This document shows, piece by piece, positions 39,440-50,205 of a stretch of DNA of 64,000 bases. The stretch comes from Leucoraja ocellata (Eukaryota): contig JAWMAR010000085.1 in the NCBI GenBank assembly GCA_036785375.1, positions 7,750,001-7,814,000 of the forward strand. The letters are read 5' to 3'. Position 1 is the first letter of the stretch; each line of letters begins with the position of its first letter. The position numbers and the translations under genes are program-made. The notes beneath the pieces were generated by a model. It did not search any database. It was not told the DNA's origin and saw nothing but the letters and a program-made list of their open reading frames with translations.

Positions 39440-41153
39440 AGACAAAAATGCTGGAGAAACTCAACGGGTGAGGCAGCATCCATGGAGCGAAGGAATAGAG
39501 AACGTTTCAGGTCGGGACCCTTCTTCAGACTGATGTGGAGGTGGGGGGGGGGGGGGGTGGCGGGAAGAAGAAAGGAAGAGGCAGAGACAGTAGGCTTTGG
39601 GAGAGCTGGGAAGGGGAGGGGAAGGGGGGAGAAAGCAAGGACTACCTGAAATTGGAGAAGTCAATGTTCATACTGCTGGGGTGTAAACAACCCAAGCAAA
39701 ATATGAGGTGCTGCTCCTCCAATTTGCGGTGGGCCTCACTCTGGCCATGGAGGAGGCCCAGGACAGAAAGGTCGGTTTCGGAATGGGAGGGGGTGTTGAA
39801 GTGCTGGGTCACCGGGAGATCAGGTTGGTTAGTGCGAGGTGTTGGGCGAGTCAAGGGGGGGGAAGGTAAAGCAACAAGTGTATCATTTCCTGCAGTTGTA
39901 AGGGAAAGTACCAGGGGAGGGGATGGTTTGGGTGGGAAGGGATGAATTGACCAGGGAGTTACGGAGGGAGCGGTCTCTGCGGAAAGCCGAAAGGGGAGGA
40001 GATGGGAAGATGTGGCCAGTGGTGGGATCCTGTTGGAGGTGGCAAAAATGTCGGAGGATTATCTGTTATATGTGACGGCTGGTGGGGTGGAAGGTGAGGA
40101 CAAGGGGGACTCTGTCCTTGTTACGAGTGGGGGGGATGGAGAGTGAGAGCGGAGCTACGGGATATAGAGGAGACCCTGGTGAGAGCATCTATAGTCGAAG
40201 AGGGGAACCCCTGTTCCCTAAAGAATGAGGACATCACCGATGCCCTGGTCTGGAACACCTTATCCTGGGTGCAGATGCGGTGTAGGCGGAGGAATTGGGA
40301 AGCAGGGTGGGAAGAAGTGTAGTTTAGATAGCCATGGGAGTCAGTGGGTTTGTAGTAGATGTCGGTCAGTAGTCTGTTACCTGCGATGGAGAAATGGTAG
40401 GGAGATGTCGGAAATGGACCAGGTGAATTTGAGTGTCGGATGGAAGTTAGTGGTGAAATGGATGAAGTCAGTGAGTTCTGCATGTGTGCAGGAGGTAGCA
40501 TCAAAGTAGCGGAGGTAAAGTTCGGGGTCATGGTACGACTCGAACAAGGATTGTTCGATGTACCTTACAAAGAGGCAGGCATAGCTGGGGCCCATGCACG
40601 TGCTCATAGCTACGCCTTGGATTTGGATGAAATGGGAGGAGTCAAAGGAAAAGTTTTGAGGGTAAAGACCAGCTCCAGGAGAGTATTTGTAGATGGGGAT
40701 TGGTTGGTTCTGCTGTCGAGGAAGAAACGGAGGTCTTTAGGAACCTCCTGATGGAAGATGGAGGTGTAGAGTGACTGGACATCTATGGTGAAGATGAGGG
40801 AGTGGGGCCTGGAAAGCGGAAGTCATTGAGGAGATGAAGAGCATGTGAGGTGTCTTGGACATAGGTAGGGAGGAACTTGACCAGGGGGAGAATAGGATGG
40901 AGTCGAGGTATGTGGAACTAAGTTAGGTGGGGCAAGAACAAGCAGAAACAATGGGTCTGCCAGGACAGTCAGGTTTGTGGATTTTGGGGAGAAGGTAAAA
41001 TCAGGCCATGTGGGGCTGGGAAACGATGAGGTTGGAGGCTTGGGAGGGCAGGGAGCCGGAAGCAAAGCCGAAAGTGATGAAGCCCGTGATGGTATTTGAG
41101 ATAGTGGCCTGGTGCTCGTCTGTGGGGTCATGGTCCAAGGGTTAAAAATGTTT
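39440..41153 (-). mobile_element. Penelope-like element, degenerate, ending about 150 bp upstream of the TTF2 CpG island
   Basis: Reverse-strand peptides MGPSYACLFV, TDIYYKPTDSHGYL and HRKLEEQHLIFCLGCLHP. TTAATCAAAGGT is present at both 39428-39439 and 41154-41165. Confidence 0.85.
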
Positions 41154-41299
41154 TTAATCAAAGGTGACTTTAGTTACCTGTAAAAAATTGAGCACTAAAA
41201 CAGAATCTGAACTTACATTTTTTTGTTAACCAAGGTAACTTTGGTTACAGGGACAAAATGACAAATAAAACACTATCTCGTCCAAAGATCTCACCTCCA

Positions 41300-41710
41300 G
41301 TGGGGTTGGATGGAGAGTTCAACTCTCCCGGCTCCCTCTGCTCGTCTCACATTCTGATTGGTGCCCGTCGCCGTCCCTCACCGAGAGTGGCGTGGAGGCC
41401 GGGGTCCCGCCCCCTACAGCCCGATCCTGGCCGCTGATTGGACGAGAGTGACGTCGGTGCGGGTCCGGCGAGCGCTGGTGACCGTTGGGCCGCCGGTATT
41501 TGAAGTTGTGTCGAAAGATCATCTTCGGTTGTGGCTCGCGCGGTGGCCCGAGCTGGAGGCAAACATGGAGAAGGTGATGTGCACGGAGCACGGTACGTGG
41601 CAATAGTGGTATTGGGCATTAAAAGTGTGAGGATGTAAGGCGAATGTCTTAGGAATCGGGGCCGATGTTTTAAACAACGATCGCCGGATGTGACGTGTCG
41701 GCAGTCATCA
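41300..41710 (+). promoter_or_regulatory. TTF2: TTF2 CpG-island promoter / exon 1 region
   Basis: CpG-dense island around the start codon. Contains two CTGATTGG inverted CCAAT boxes (ATTGG at 41357 and 41437), a GC box CCCGCCCC at 41406-41413, a CRE-like TGACGTC at 41449-41455 and a CHR-like TTTGAA at 41499-41504. Confidence 0.8.
41565..41592 (+). CDS. TTF2: TTF2 coding exon 1
   Basis: Kozak-like aaacATGG. Translates to MEKVMCTEH(G), compared with recalled human MEEVRCPEHG. Donor G|GTacg at 41593. Confidence 0.9.
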
Positions 41711-41890
41711 GCTGCCCTCAATTGCATTGGGCCATGTGGTTGACCATGGTGCTGGGATGTCATCTCCAGCCCTGGACCTACCTGCCTGCCTCTGGTGCTC
41801 AGGTCCTAACCCTCTGAAATTCCACCAAAGGTCGTTTTAAGACTTTGGATTGGCGTAACTATGTTGGTGTAAAAACGGTGCAACTGATGT

Positions 41891-41918
41891 CTGAAGAAGG
41901 GTTTCGGCCCGAAACGTC
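41891..41918 (+). ncRNA. Minimal hammerhead-ribozyme-like core at the head of a Penelope-derived mini-element
   Basis: CUGAAGA-A-[GGGU-UUCG-GCCC]-GAAAC-GUC. Helix I is very short and helix III is reduced to the palindrome ACGU. Activity is not established. Confidence 0.5.
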
Positions 41919-42422
41919 GCCTATTTCCTTCGCTCCATAGATGCATAGATAAAAGGGATCAGGGGGTATGGAGAGAAGGCAGGTACAGGATACTGAGTTG
42001 GATGATCAGCCATGATCATATTGAATGGCGGTGCAGGGTCGAAGGGCCGAATGGCCTACTCCTGCACCTATTTTCTATGTTTCTATGCTGCCTCACCCTC
42101 TGAGTTTCTCCAGCATTTTTGTCTACCAACTGATGTCAAGAGTGTTTTATTGTCATATGTCCCGGATGAGCCAATTAAATTCTTACTTCCTGCAGCTCAA
42201 CACAATATGTGAAAATGTAAACATAGAACATAACGGGGGAAGAGGAAAAAAAGTTCAATAAGTAACAAATATAATGCAATAATAATATAGTCTTTTGCAG
42301 TTCAACAACGAATACACTCTGAGCTCTGAACTGCAAAAGACTATATTATTATTGCATTATATTTGTTACTTATTGAACTTTTGTTTTCCTCTTCCTCCAT
42401 TATGTTGTATGTTTACATATTC

Positions 42423-43916
42423 TAGCAATGTTACAAAATGTTGAGATTCTATAAATCAAGTCTGCAATTTATCCTATCAGATAAATCATAAAAAGAAGTT
42501 TAATTTGACAACTAATTCCCTTCAGTATTATCTTCAGTATTAAAAAAGTTCTGGCCATTTTCATACTCGGAAATTAGCATCTTGTTCCCTATTGCTTTTC
42601 CATTAACTTAACACAAAAGTTGTGATCAAGGACAGTCAAATGGCCATAACTTTATTAAAAATTAAGAGAACTGAAAGAAATGTTCAGTTATTGTAGATTG
42701 AAGCATTCTGAAACAAATATTAAACACGCTTACTTGGATGACCTGAAATTAAAGCATATAATTAGTTAGTTACCCAATTGTAGCTAATTCCAAAATGCAA
42801 TTACTAGATCTAAACATCTATCCATTTCTTAAGAAAATATTTACATTTTTAAATAGCCTAAGTGTCCAAAGAACATTCACACAAGAATTTACAATAAAAC
42901 ATGATTTTTAAATCTCATTGTCATTAATTTATCGGCCAAATGGAAGGAATTTAGTGTTTAATTGCTGTAAATTAATGGCCATTTAAATCAGCTTGCGAGT
43001 GGGATTTTGTGGAACGGGCTGGTTTGGAACGTTGCGATTGCAGTGATTTTGAAGCCCATGTCGGCATGAAAAATATTCCCGGTTCGGATGGGCCCCCAAG
43101 TCACCTTCTCACAACTTAATATTTTGAATAAAGGGATCTTAAAAAGCACTTTTTAACGTAAAAATAAACAGCCTACCTTGCCTTGTCCCCTACATAAGAT
43201 CCGTCCCGTTGTCGGCGTTCGCGGCTTTAGAGGATGATTTTTAATCTACTATAGTAATTAAATAATCCAATCTATATAATATTAAAACTGTGTGCCTGCT
43301 GGCTGGCTGCTGGCTTTCTGCCTGATTTGTGGTTGCCAGCCTGTGGGTGCCAGCCTTTGTGGTTGCCAGCCTGTGGGTGCTACACCAACGTCAGACCCAG
43401 AGACGCCGAGTTTTTTTCCATTTCGGTAGAGATTTCACTTTTCATTCCAAGTATCCACTCCTCATTAAATTTTGTCGTGTTTATCTACACATTTTTAATA
43501 AAATCCTTCTTCCCCCACCATTCACTCATTTTGTCGCCTCCTGACGGCCAGCGACCATAACGGCTGCTGGCGCCCGCATCTCGCCTCAAAGACGCTATTT
43601 CAAAACAGCCGCACTGCTGATTCCTGAGCCGCTTGAGTTGGAGGACCACGTCTCCCGTGGGGGCTACGGGTAGGGGATGGCTGCGTTGGGGGAGCAGACC
43701 CAACGGGTCTGCACTTGTTTAGTTTAAAAATAACTGCAGGGAACGAATTTCACAGCGATTTTTCGTCAGCAACTAAGCAGGCTGAACAACCTCGATTTCA
43801 ATAGCCTAGAGAAAACGGCGTTTTAAACCCGTCCCCCTGTCAAATGCGCCAAAGTCGCGCACACGGGCAGCGGCAGAACTGCAGCGCTGCTGAAGGTAAG
43901 TTTTGCAACATATCTA
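42423..43916. mobile_element. Second, inverted copy of the same TIR family, carrying a Helitron
   Basis: Termini TAGCAATGTTACAAAA ... TTTTGCAACATATCTA. TSD CATATTC (42416-42422) / CATGTTC (43917-43923). The body is the reverse complement of 3148-4183. Confidence 0.85.
43271..43722 (+). mobile_element. Non-autonomous Helitron
   Basis: 5' end A|TCTATATAATATTAAAAC. 3' hairpin GCAGACCC-aac-GGGTCTGC (43694-43712) followed by ...TTAG|T (CTAG-like). Inserted in an AT dinucleotide with no TSD. Confidence 0.8.
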
Positions 43917-46318
43917 CATGTTCTGTTGAGCTGCAGGAAGTAAGAATTTAATTGTCTCATCTGGGACATATGACAATGATGGTTGCAGGGAAGAAGCTGT
44001 TCCTGAACCTGGGCTTCACTGTTTTCAAGCTCCTGTACCTTCTTCCTGATGGCAATGGTGAAATGAGTGTGTGGCCAGGATGGTGTGGGTCTTTGATGAT
44101 GTCCTTGACCTGTGGCTGCACCTTCCCTGCCCTACCTGGCTTCAGTTGCTGAGGTCCAAAACCTCTAAAATTCCACCAGAGCCAGTTTTAAGATTTTATT
44201 TTAGGAATGACGCAGGTACGTTGGTGTAAATTTGGTGCAACAGATGCCCAATTGGCATCTGGAAAAGACACAAAGTGGGACCTTCCTTCAGACCAGTCTG
44301 AAGAAGAGTACTGACCCGAAACGTGAACTATCCATGCTGTCCTGAGATGCTGCCTGACCTGCTGAGTTACTCCAGCATTTTGTGTCCTTTTTTGTAAACC
44401 AGCATCTGCAGTTCCTTGTTTCTACAATTGACTTCTGGTCTGCCTTCAGCAAGATGTTTGTTGGTTTCCTGAGTTTTCAAACAGTTTGAAAGAAGGTCCA
44501 GACCTGAAAGTAAGCACAAAATGCTGGACTAACTCAGCGGGTGAGGCAGCATCTATGGAGAGAAGGAATTGGTGACGTTTCAGGTCGAGACCATTCAGAC
44601 TGATTCCAGACCGGAAAGGTTGTCTGTCCATTCCCATCACAGATGCTACCTGACCCACTGGGTTCCTCCAGCATTATGTGTTTTGCTCAAGATCCCACAG
44701 TATCCCCTAACTTAAACTAATTTTATGTAACAAACCCAATCTCCCAGTTTGGTGAATCTTTGATGCACTGCCTCTATAGCAAGTAAACCCATTTTCAGGA
44801 GGGATAACGTAACTGTTTGCGATATACCATGCCTGGCTTCGCCAAGTTGTGTGTGATTACAGGAAGACATCTTTAATCTCATAATGTATTTGAATAGTAT
44901 CTTTATTACTCTAATCGCTGCTGCGTATTACTTCTGGTGTGTGGTCAAACATAAAAGAAGCAGTCATGAAGTCACACAGCACGAATACAGGCCTTTTGAC
45001 CCATCTCGTCCATGCGGAACAGTATGCCCCACCCATACTGGTTCCATTTGCCTGCGTTTGGTCCATATCTCTCCAAACTTTTCCGATCCATGTACCTGTC
45101 CAAATGTCTTTTAAATGTTGTTGTTGTTGTACCCGCCCCAATTACCTCCTCTGGCAGCTCATTCAATTCACCTGCCACTTTCTGAATGAAAAAATTGCTT
45201 GCACTCATCATAAACCTATGTCCTCTGGTTCTATCTATTCTCTTGGCTTTATGCATCTCTACAACTTCACTCCTCTTAATGTGCCCTCCTCTACATCGGC
45301 GAAACCAAGCATAGACTGGGTGACTATTTTCCGTACGCTCTACGTTTAGTTGAGAGATACAGTGTTAGAAATAGGCTCTTCGGCCTACCGAGTCCATACC
45401 ACACATTAATTGTTGGTCTGTCATCCTGCTTTCCCATCCTCTCCCTACACACTGGGGAAAATTTACAGAGGAACAATTAACCTACAAACCCGTCTGTCTT
45501 TGTGATGTAGGAGGAATCCGGCACGCCCGGAGGAAACCAACGCGGTCACAGAGGAAACATATCTTCACATAGACAGCACCCGGGTCTCTGGCGCTTTGAG
45601 GCAGCAGCTCCACCAGCTGCGACACGTTGCATGCCGTGTGCCCACTGTGCACTTAGTTGTATGCCATTTTAAACTCCCATCCCATTCTCACACCGACATG
45701 TCTGTGGTCTATTCCATTGACAGCATGAGACCAAATACAAACTGGAAAACCAACACCTTGTATTCTGTCAAGGTAGGCTTGCCTAATGGTGTGAACATTA
45801 ACTGTTCCCATTTCAAGTAAAATGCGCTCCCTGTGCTCCTTTCTATCTCCTTTTGATCCACCCAAATTTGCTCTCTCCTTTTGATTCAGGGCGTCACACT
45901 GGCGCATCTGGTAGAGCTGCTGCCTCACAGCGCCAGACACCTGGGTGTGATCCTGACCTCGGGTGCTGTCTGTGTGGAGTTTGCCCTTTTTTCCTATGAC
46001 CATGTGGGTTTCCTCCGGGTGTCTGGTATCCTCCCACATCCCTAAGATGTGTGCTTGTAGATTAATTGACCTCTGTATATTGCTCCCTAGTGTGTAGGGA
46101 GTTGATGAGAAAGTGAGGTAACAGAACTAGTGCGAATGAGTCAAAATTGTAAATTGTCCCTTGTGTGTAGGATAATGCAGTGTATGGGAATCGCTGGTAG
46201 GCGTGAATGTGGTGGACTGAAGGTCCTGTTTCCATGCTGTATCTTTGATTGAGGATCAAGACTTCCTTTGATTTCTTTACTTGCTCCTTTTTTGATTGTA
46301 TTCTCTTGTTTCTTGCAG

Positions 46319-46430
46319 GAGCCCTATGTATATTGAAGACTGGAGTGAGAGATGGAGCTGCCAAGGGAAAGAGTTTTTACCTTTGTGCAACTCAGCAGAC
46401 TTCGCATTGTTCATTTGTACAGCCTGCTGA
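46319..46430 (+). CDS. TTF2: TTF2 exon 2 (GRF-type zinc finger)
   Basis: Acceptor tcttgcAG. Translates to GALCILKTGVRDGAAKGKSFYLCATQQTSHCSFVQPA. Donor GA|GTatgt. Frame is continuous with exon 1. Confidence 0.93.
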
Positions 46431-46994
46431 GTATGTATTGATCATTCAGGAGTGTGATGTTGAAGAGCATGTAGGAGCAATACAGGAAAATGAGCAATGT
46501 TTAGGAGCAGTATTGTAAATAGGCCCGATATTTGGTTGAGCAATGGTGAGAGTGCAGATGGAAGATGGCCGGTGTAGAATAAGGGGCTGATGATGTGCAG
46601 CTGGAACCAGTTTTGGGATGGGGATGGGAAATTCACAGTGGTATGAGGGTGATAGGCAGTTGGATCCAGGAGGGAGGGTGGGAAGCAGAAAGGCGTGGGG
46701 AGAGGGATAATGGAACCATTTGTCGTATCATAGCTGGCAGAGATAATATGTCTCATGTGGATATGGAGATTGGCAGGGTGAAAGGTGAGGACCCATATTG
46801 TTGTTTATTTTCGTTGGCTGGCTTTGTATGATCAGCATGCCCATCTAGCTTTCCACCCACCTGCTTTCTAGCCTATATATCCCGAACTGAATTAATGTAA
46901 TCCTTTTAATGTGAACCACTTGATGGTGATTGTTTCATAGTTATTTTGATATCCCAAAAATGCCATTAGAATTGTTCTTGTCTGTCTTACTCAG

Positions 46995-47081
46995 TATTCC
47001 TGTATCTCATTGCCTGGTACATGAAGACTCGATTGTGGAACTTCAAGCCATTCACAAAAAATCAGACACTCGGTCGTACCG
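46995..47081 (+). CDS. TTF2: TTF2 exon 3
   Basis: Acceptor tcttactcAG. Translates to DIPVSHCLVHEDSIVELQAIHKKSDTRSYR. Donor CG|GTaag. 87 nt; not in the ORF track because it is too short. Confidence 0.92.
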
Positions 47082-47344
47082 GTAAGATTTATTATCCCTG
47101 CTATATAAACCACACTCATTCATGTTTCACTTAATGAGCAATGAATCAATGTAATGCAGAATTCCTTGATGTGTTATGAGTTAAGAGTGTTTAATTATCA
47201 TATGCATTGACAACGGAACAATGAAATTCGTACTGCAGCTTAACAGGACTGTAAATTCGATAACACAGAGTAGATAATAATCAAAAATACATTAAATTAA
47301 TAACAGTAATACTATGTAACTGAATTCATGCAAAAACAGTCAGA

Positions 47345-47860
47345 AGATTGTTGTGGGCCTCCTCTATTACCAGAGTGAGGCCACACGTAAACTGAAGGAC
47401 TAGCACCTCATATCCTGCTTAGGTAGCTTACAACCCAACAGTATGAATATTGAATTCTCCAATTTCAGATAACTAACCCAGTAACAACCCTATCATTCTC
47501 TGTGCCCTACCTGGAGTTGTACCCATTTCTCTGTTCCCCCTCCCCTTGTCACCTCTCACCTATATTCCTTCTTCTGGCCTCACAATTCACACCTCTTCTG
47601 TCCTTAACTCACCTCTTGTATCCTTAACTTGTCACTTCATCTCTAGCTTTGTCCAACCATCTACCTATCAAAACCTCACCTGTGCCCACCTATCATTTGC
47701 CAGGTTTTGTCCTGTTCCTCCTCTCTTCAGCTTTCTCTGCTCACCATACTCTCAACCACAATCAGTCTGAAGAAGTCCCAACCCAAAATGACACCTATCC
47801 ATGTTCTCCAGAGATGCTGCCTGACCCAACGAGTTACTCCAGCACTTTGTGTCTTTTTTT
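47345..47860 (+). mobile_element. Penelope-like 3' fragment
   Basis: Degenerate end of the GIY-YIG coding region followed by ctgaagaag...ccagagatgctgcctgacc. Confidence 0.7.
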
Positions 47861-47864
47861 TCCG

Positions 47865-48650
47865 CTCCAAACCCTCAGCTCTTGGATTTGGCATTCTCTT
47901 TTGCAACTAAATTATCGACTTCCTGACCCACAATCAGTAAGGATAGACCACAACATCTCCTCCATGGTAATTCTCAACATCATGTCCTGCAAGGCTGCCT
48001 ACTCGGCTCCTTACTCCCTGTACACTCATGACGTGCAGCCAAGTTCTGCAATAACTCAATTTGCAAGTTGCAGATGACACCACTGTAGAGGGTTGGGTCT
48101 CAAATAATGACGAGACAGAGTACAGGAAGGAAATAGAAAGCTTAATAGCATTGTGTTAAGACAACGGCCTCTCCCTCAATTCTGGCAATACAAAGAAGCT
48201 AGCCATCGACTTCAGGAAGACTTCAGGAGTTGTATACTTCTCTGTACTATTTCTATACACTTGTACTTAACTGTAATTGTGCATAGTAACATTTTGACTG
48301 AACTGTATCAAAAAAGGAACTTCACTCTCTCTCGGTAATTGTGACAAATACCATTGAAGCGGGGAAGAGTACACGTCCCTGCCTTTATCAATGCCACTGA
48401 AGTGGAGATTGTCTAAAGCTTCAAGTTCCGATAGAAATATCACTAACAATTTGTCCCGTTCTACAGCGAAGGAAACACAACAATGCCTATACTTTCTCAA
48501 ATGCAAAGGAAATTCAGCATCCCTCCAATGACTTGCCAATTTCTGCAGGTGCACCTTTGACAGGAATATGTCAGGATGCATCACAGCTTGATATTGCAAC
48601 TGCTTTGCCCAACACCTCAAGAAATTGCAGAGAGTTGTGAACAACATATA
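47865..48650 (+). mobile_element. Rex1/Babar-like LINE RT fragment
   Basis: Translates to PQSVRI...YSLYTHD...ADDTTVEG...NNDETEYRKEI. Confidence 0.7.
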
Positions 48651-48833
48651 GTGCCTTTGCTGAAATATATTTTGTCTTCCATCATGCATAATCCCTATGT
48701 CATGAAATGATCTTGCTTCACAACATTTATTAATAGGAATCACATGGAATAATTTTCCTTTTGGCGTAGAAATAATGAAAGAAATTGAATGATTTCTGAT
48801 GTTTGACTATATTGTCTTGTGCTGGTCGTGTAG

Positions 48834-48900
48834 GTTATACTATCGGTGTATTAAAGGGAAGGAAGATAAACTAAAATGGTGTGGAAATGTGCCTTGGCAG
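48834..48900 (+). CDS. TTF2: TTF2 exon 4
   Basis: Acceptor gtgtAG. Translates to RLYYRCIKGKEDKLKWCGNVPWQ. Donor CAG|GTatg. Confidence 0.92.
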
Positions 48901-49155
48901 GTATGCTCAGATTCTTAATTTTAGTTTTGGATTCTTTGGAGATTTTGTTTTTAAATGTCGTCAATGTTTCAATTTGTCTCTCCTGTCCTGAGAGAAATTG
49001 ATGTCTATATAAGATATGGGAATGGAAGAAGTTTTGTCTGGCTTTGCATCACTTCTGACATGCATCACTTTAATGAAGAAGGGATGCAAAAGTGGTATTC
49101 CACAATTGGTTTACAATTTTTATTAAAGAAATATGTACATATATTTGCTTTTCAG

Positions 49156-50205
49156 GTGTCATATCCAAACATTTCATCAACTAATAGAGATGGCCATCAG
49201 GATACTCAGCAGTCCCTAGTTTCTGAGAATCAACAGCGAAATCCTTTTAAAATACCAGCCAAGAATCAGAAGCAGCCTACTTCCTGTATTACTACTAATA
49301 GCAGCAGTAAACAAGGTGCTGAACCTGAATCAGATAGGAAACACAATAAAGCTGTGGATGAATCGATTGGTTTGGGTGGGTCACCACCAACATACAACGA
49401 GAAGGCAACAAAGAAGTCTTCTAATGGGCTCAAAATCAGTGAAAGGTTATGTGATGAGGGTGAAAAAACTCATGTTAAGGACTTTGAAAAGACTCAGAAA
49501 GAAACAAGGCCTCGCCTTAAGTGTGATGCCAGAATGGGTGGCATTGACTCTGGTAGAAATCACAATTTGCCAAGTGATCCCTTGCCAGATGAAAGAGGAA
49601 AGGTTTCAAAGGTATCACATATAGTGGAGAAGGACAAGGTACCATTAGAATCTGAGGTGAAGTGTGTCCATAAAGAATCATTGAATAATTTGTCTCATCA
49701 TGGAAACTCCACACATGTGAAAATGGGCATTGCGAAGGATGGACAGGCATCAAGCAGTAAAAGTACAAATGAGAAGTCACTTGGCACTCAGAAGTGCAAT
49801 GGAACGAGTGTATCCCAACAGAATGAGTCAACATATACTCCAGAAAACGATGTACAATGGAAACAAACAACCAAAGTTGAACGTGATGCCAGTTCTGTTC
49901 TCACAGCACATAAATCTGATTCAAACAAACCAACAAATGAGGAAAGTGAGTCATGTAGACAAATTGATGTCAAGGCTTCTGTGAGTATTTCAGCAGGAAA
50001 TACCTATACCACATTTGAGCAAAGTGTGTCCAATAGTCACTCAGTGGATGTCAAGCAAAGCATAACTACAAAGAATCCAAAAACAAGTCATAAACAAGCA
50101 ACACTCACAGCCTTTCCTGGATTTGAGTATGCATCAGGAAAGATGGAAACCAAGAAAACAGCAGCACTACACAACCAACTGACTGTTCAACTTCAACAGA
50201 GAAAG
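49156..50205 (+). CDS. TTF2: TTF2 exon 5 (large disordered linker exon, 350 codons)
   Basis: Acceptor ttttcAG at 49154-49155. Translates to VSYPN...QQRNPFKIPAKNQ...LHNQLTVQLQQRK. Donor AAG|GTaat at 50206. Phase 0-0. Confidence 0.9.

Noticed and set aside
48955-49155. N-terminal part of the 431-aa ORF as coding sequence
   Set aside because: Intronic read-through upstream of the exon 5 acceptor at 49155. The same applies to the flanks of the IGSF3 exon ORFs.
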